Assembly: GCA_017540815.1 (NCBI GenBank)
Contig: JAFYAI010000144.1
Span: 685-64,684 of the forward strand
Source: Spirochaetales bacterium
GTDB taxonomy: Bacteria; Spirochaetota; GWE2-31-10; MWDO01
Reading direction: 5' to 3'
Length of the DNA: 64,000 nucleotides
Positions 60,223 through 64,000 of the stretch are shown piece by piece; positions within the stretch are counted from its first letter, which is position 1, and each line of letters opens with the position of its first letter. The position numbers and the translations under genes are program-made. The notes under the pieces are model-generated. The model saw nothing but the letters and a program-made list of their open reading frames with translations. It did no database searches and was not told where the DNA came from.

Positions 60223-62343
60223 TTATTTACGATATTTTGTGATTATGCTTTTTCTTTCTTCCAGGATCTCGATCACAGACTCTGCATTCTCGGCATTCAT
60301 AAGTGCTGCCCGCACTTCATCACGCATAAGTGCACCGCTGAAAGCAGCCATTGCTCTCATCTGCGGACCTGAATTCTCGATTGGGGAAGCAAGCATAATA
60401 AAGATCTTCGCAGGCTGTCCGTCAAGAGAATTAAAATCTATGCCTTCTTTTTTGAGTCCGATCGCAACGCATGTTTCTTTTACACCATTTGTTTTCGCAT
60501 GCGGGATTGCGATGCCTTTTTCAAGACCCGTACTCATTGTAGCCTCTCGTTCTTTAAGTGCATTTAACACCATCTCGCGATCTTCGATATTTCCTGACCG
60601 ACACAGCAGTGAAAGGAGTTCTTCAAGGATCTCGTCTTTTGTGCTGCCTTTGAGATCAACCGAGATACAGTCTTTGTTAAGATAACGCGTCATAGAATCA
60701 GTAACGCGGTTTTCGGCACTTGCCAATCCCTGCTGAAGACTCTGTGCATCTTTAAGAGAAGACAATGACTGCATTGATTTGTTAAGTCGGAACATAATCT
60801 CATAAAGTTCGCCTTTTATAAATCCCATATCCTCTTCGGCAGTTTCAATAACAAGCCGAGATCCGTCTGTCTGCAGGGAAATAGCCGTCTCACCTCGGCG
60901 GGCAGTGATGATTCCGTCATCGATATTCATCATCTGAACAAAGAAGCCTTCTGCACGCAAATCCCGATAGAGCAGATCCAGCACGAGCTGAGTAAGTTCC
61001 TGATTCTGAAAATCCCACTGAAACTGCTGACTTTCCGATGATGAGACTTCTTTCCTCGTGCCGCGGCCTTTAACGGAGAGAGAAAGGCTGAGAATAGGAG
61101 GAGCAACCAAAGTTGTAACGAGTGTCATCAAAATAACAACACCGAACAAATCCTGATTGATAATAGGTATACCGGCAGCATCTTTTGCTGTCAGTCCGAT
61201 ACCTGCTATTATCAAAGCGACTTCACCACGCGGGATCATACCGGCTCCGATTCTGAATCCGCCTTTGAGATTAAATCCCAAACCAAGTGCAGGCAGACCG
61301 CATCCCAAAAGTTTTGACAAGACAGCGATCACAGTATAAATCCCGCCGCAAACTAAAACCTTCTGACTGAACAGTTTCGTAACATCAACGCTCATACCTG
61401 TAACAGCAAAGAAAACAGGAACGAAAAACTTGTAAAGCGAGTGAATCTTCTCCTGAATAACCGGTGCAATATCAGTTCCGCTGAGTGCCAAGCCTGTTGT
61501 ATAAGCACCGATAATCATCGCTATGCTTTGTTTCTCAAAAAATCCTGCAAGGAAGAATGCAATACCCAAAGCAGCGATTGAGAAATCCGTTGCATCACCA
61601 AAAAAGCGAACAAATCGTGCGATTTTTTTGGAGAGCAGGATAAAAATCACCGTTGCAGCAAGCCATATACCGAATGCTTTAAGAGCGATGATTCCGATTT
61701 TACCGCCGGACAGAGTCTGTCCGCTGCCCATCGCTCCGACGATACCCATTACTACTGCAAGAAGAACAATACCGAGTACATCATCAAAAACCGCTGCAGC
61801 CAAAATCGTAACTCCTTCCGGAGAATCCATCTTCTTCCTATCGCTTAGGATGCGTGCTGTAATACCGACAGAAGTTGCCGTTGACATTATACCGAGGAAA
61901 AGGCATTTGATGTCAAAAAGTCCTGAACATTCTATCCCTAAGATGGGCAGGATAAACATCGCACAGCCGGCTCCAAAGAAAAATGACACAAGCACTCCGC
62001 CCACACCGATGATACCGCCGGAAACAGAATATTTGATGAACAGCGAAAGGTCAGTCTCCAATCCTGATGCAAAAAGCAATATAATAGAAGCAATCTGTGC
62101 AAACGCATATAACTCTGATGAAACTGCCCCTGCAGCAGAATCCGTTACACCAAAAAATCCGTTAGGGAATCCGGGGAGAGCAATACCGCCAAGTGCAAAA
62201 GGTCCGATTATTATACCTGCAATGAGTTCTCCCAAAACAGAAGGGATGCCCACCCGTGCTGCCAATTTGCCAAAAATTCGTGCAGCAAAAATGATTATCG
62301 CAAGCTGAAAAACAAGATTAGTTATAATTTCTGTAATATCCAT
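60223..62343 (-). CDS. CPA2 cation:proton antiporter fused to a PTS EIIA domain (NapA-like)
   Basis: PSVLGELIAGIIIGP, GLETD, ATSVGIT, AAVFDD, GMIPRGEV; C-terminal EREATMSTG..GIAIPHAK. Confidence 0.9.
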   Translation of the reverse strand: MDITEIITNLVFQLAIIIFAARIFGKLAARVGIPSVLGELIAGIIIGPFALGGIALPGFPNGFFGVTDSAAGAVSSELYAFAQIASIILLFASGLETDLSLFIKYSVSGGIIGVGGVLVSFFFGAGCAMFILPILGIECSGLFDIKCLFLGIMSTATSVGITARILSDRKKMDSPEGVTILAAAVFDDVLGIVLLAVVMGIVGAMGSGQTLSGGKIGIIALKAFGIWLAATVIFILLSKKIARFVRFFGDATDFSIAALGIAFFLAGFFEKQSIAMIIGAYTTGLALSGTDIAPVIQEKIHSLYKFFVPVFFAVTGMSVDVTKLFSQKVLVCGGIYTVIAVLSKLLGCGLPALGLGFNLKGGFRIGAGMIPRGEVALIIAGIGLTAKDAAGIPIINQDLFGVVILMTLVTTLVAPPILSLSLSVKGRGTRKEVSSSESQQFQWDFQNQELTQLVLDLLYRDLRAEGFFVQMMNIDDGIITARRGETAISLQTDGSRLVIETAEEDMGFIKGELYEIMFRLNKSMQSLSSLKDAQSLQQGLASAENRVTDSMTRYLNKDCISVDLKGSTKDEILEELLSLLCRSGNIEDREMVLNALKEREATMSTGLEKGIAIPHAKTNGVKETCVAIGLKKEGIDFNSLDGQPAKIFIMLASPIENSGPQMRAMAAFSGALMRDEVRAALMNAENAESVIEILEERKSIITKYRK

Positions 62344-62609
62344 AGTGAAAAAACAACTCCCAATAATGATGATTTTTTTTATATATGAGTCAGTAAATAT
62401 TCTGGCCGATTTTTTTGTGAAACTATTATACCATATTAAACGACGAATTACAAGTAAAAACACGACTTGAAATGTCATTGAGATAAAATGTTATTTATAT
62501 CAAATATCATTTTAACGCTTGCAAATAAGATAAATTTGTGATACATTTATAAATATAATCGGATTTTGATTAATTAAATTTGTAGTAGAAACTCATACCC
62601 AATGATCCA

Positions 62610-62646
62610 CCCCCTCTCCACATTGGAGAGGGGGCAGGGGCTGAGG
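62610..62646 (+). repeat. GC-rich palindromic element in the proA leader
   Basis: CCCCCTCTCCA-cat-TGGAGAGGGGG followed by a CAGGGGCTGAGG tail. Confidence 0.65.
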
Positions 62647-62661
62647 TTAAAGGAATATTAT

Positions 62662-63951
62662 ATGGAAGATTTAGAATTAACACTTAAAAAAATGAAACTT
62701 GCTTCTGCCAAATTGGCAGGCATGACTAACGAAACGAAGAACAAGGCTTTAATGGCAGTTTCGGCAGCACTTGTTGAATATGAGGATGCTATTCTTGAAG
62801 CCAATGAAGAAGACTTAAACGAGGCAAACAAGGCCGGTCTGCCTGCTCCGCTAATCAAGCGGCTCACTCTGAACAAGGACAAACTCCGCGATCTCAATGA
62901 CGGTCTTATCGGGCTGACCAAGCTCGCCGATCCTTGCAATGAGACGCTTATGCAGACAGAACTTGATGACGGACTGATTCTGACGAAGAAGAGTGTTCCA
63001 ATCGGCGTAATCGGCGTAATATTCGAGGCTCGCCCTGATGCACTTGTGCAGATCACAGCATTGTGTATCAAGAGCGGCAACTGCGTTGTGCTTAAAGGCG
63101 GCAGTGAAGCTCTTCATTCTAATCGCATTCTTGCAAAGATCATAACTGATGCCGTCTGCGAAGTGTCGGCTGACTTTACTGATACCATTACCCTGCTTGA
63201 GACTCGTGACGATGTTGCGAAGATGCTGTCATTCGACAAATATATCAATCTCATCATTCCGCGAGGCTCAAACGCATTTGTACAGTATATCAAGAAAAAC
63301 TCACTCATCCCTGTGTTGGGACATGCCGACGGTATATGCCACATCTATGTGGATAAGGCGGCAGACATCGATATGGCTGTGCGTGTCGTTACAGATGCGA
63401 AGACTCAGTATGTAGCTGTGTGCAATGCAACCGAGACGCTGCTTGTTCATTCCAAGATTGCACAGAAGTTTTTGCCGGCTCTGAAAAAATCGCTTGATGC
63501 CAAACATGTAACGCTCAAATGCGATAAACGGGCAAAAGCCATTCTGCCTGATACGGAAGATGCCACAGAGGAAGACTGGAAAACCGAGTATCTTGACTAC
63601 ATTCTGTCGATCAAAGTTGTGGACTCAGTCGAAGAAGCAGTAACGCATATTAACACTTACGGTTCGGGGCATACGGACGGCATTATCACCGCTGATGAGA
63701 ATACGGCAGATTATTTTACGACTTATGTAGACACGGCAGATGCTTTCGTGAACTGTTCGACACGGTTTGCTGACGGATTCCGATTCGGATTCGGAGCGGA
63801 AGTCGGCATAAGCACGAATAAATTCCACGCACGGGGACCTGTCGGCATTGACGGCCTTGTAATCTATAAATATATTCTCAAAGGTCACGGCGACATTGTT
63901 GACGACTATGCGACCGGCAGGAAACACTTCACTCACAAACGGCTCAAATAA
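62662..63951 (+). CDS. proA: Gamma-glutamyl phosphate reductase
   Basis: PIGVIGVIFEARP, LKGGSEA, IIPRG, VCNATETLL, STRFADG, GAEVGIST, ARGPVG. Confidence 0.96.
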   Translation: MEDLELTLKKMKLASAKLAGMTNETKNKALMAVSAALVEYEDAILEANEEDLNEANKAGLPAPLIKRLTLNKDKLRDLNDGLIGLTKLADPCNETLMQTELDDGLILTKKSVPIGVIGVIFEARPDALVQITALCIKSGNCVVLKGGSEALHSNRILAKIITDAVCEVSADFTDTITLLETRDDVAKMLSFDKYINLIIPRGSNAFVQYIKKNSLIPVLGHADGICHIYVDKAADIDMAVRVVTDAKTQYVAVCNATETLLVHSKIAQKFLPALKKSLDAKHVTLKCDKRAKAILPDTEDATEEDWKTEYLDYILSIKVVDSVEEAVTHINTYGSGHTDGIITADENTADYFTTYVDTADAFVNCSTRFADGFRFGFGAEVGISTNKFHARGPVGIDGLVIYKYILKGHGDIVDDYATGRKHFTHKRLK

Positions 63952-63961
63952 GGAGATAAAT

Positions 63962-64000
63962 ATGGAAACTAATGACCGACCGAGCTGGGATGAATATTTC
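63962..64000 (+). CDS. Start of a probable dCMP deaminase (ComEB-like), truncated by the window end
   Basis: AGGAG RBS, then METNDRPSWDEYF; RPSWDEYF is the typical N-terminus of this family. Confidence 0.7.
   Translation, partial: METNDRPSWDEYF

Overview
Chromosomal window from an AT-rich bacterium, most likely a spirochaete. This is inferred from the FlaB-type flagellin, the BesABC-like hairpin-less RND pump, the secY-rpmJ junction lacking adk/infA, and the NapA-PTS EIIA fusion. Positions 1-4.2 kb hold the end of tex, a DUF975 gene, hslUV and a membrane protein. Positions 4.2-23.4 kb hold a complete minus-strand str-S10-spc-alpha ribosomal supercluster, in which L17 carries a C-terminal tandem YegP/DUF1508-like extension. 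Positions 23.5-33.8 kb hold a TPR-like protein, ispG, rseP, DUF1015, lnt, MATE and a REC-GGDEF*-EAL plus Hpt pair. Positions 33.8-43.7 kb hold an RND efflux operon (double TetR, TolC, MFP with a large insertion, HAD, RND, FliM-2xSpoA fusion, PII-like). Positions 43.8-45.9 kb hold a secreted protein divergent from flaB, which has a sigma28-like promoter and two CsrA-type hairpins. Positions 46-55.8 kb hold a trp operon broken into three units by inserted cassettes: a long switch-like RNA leader with mini-ORF and lipoprotein, a RelE/ParE TA pair, and an AT-rich RNase III paralog next to a GC-rich palindromic element. The rest holds a TPR lipoprotein with repeat DNA translated in frame, a Zn-ribbon protein, rsfS, GNAT, the antiporter, proA and the start of a dCMP deaminase. 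Several families of small palindromic or heptamer repeats are scattered at gene junctions. No tRNA, rRNA, CRISPR array or transposase was seen. All calls come from reading the sequence; no database searches were run.
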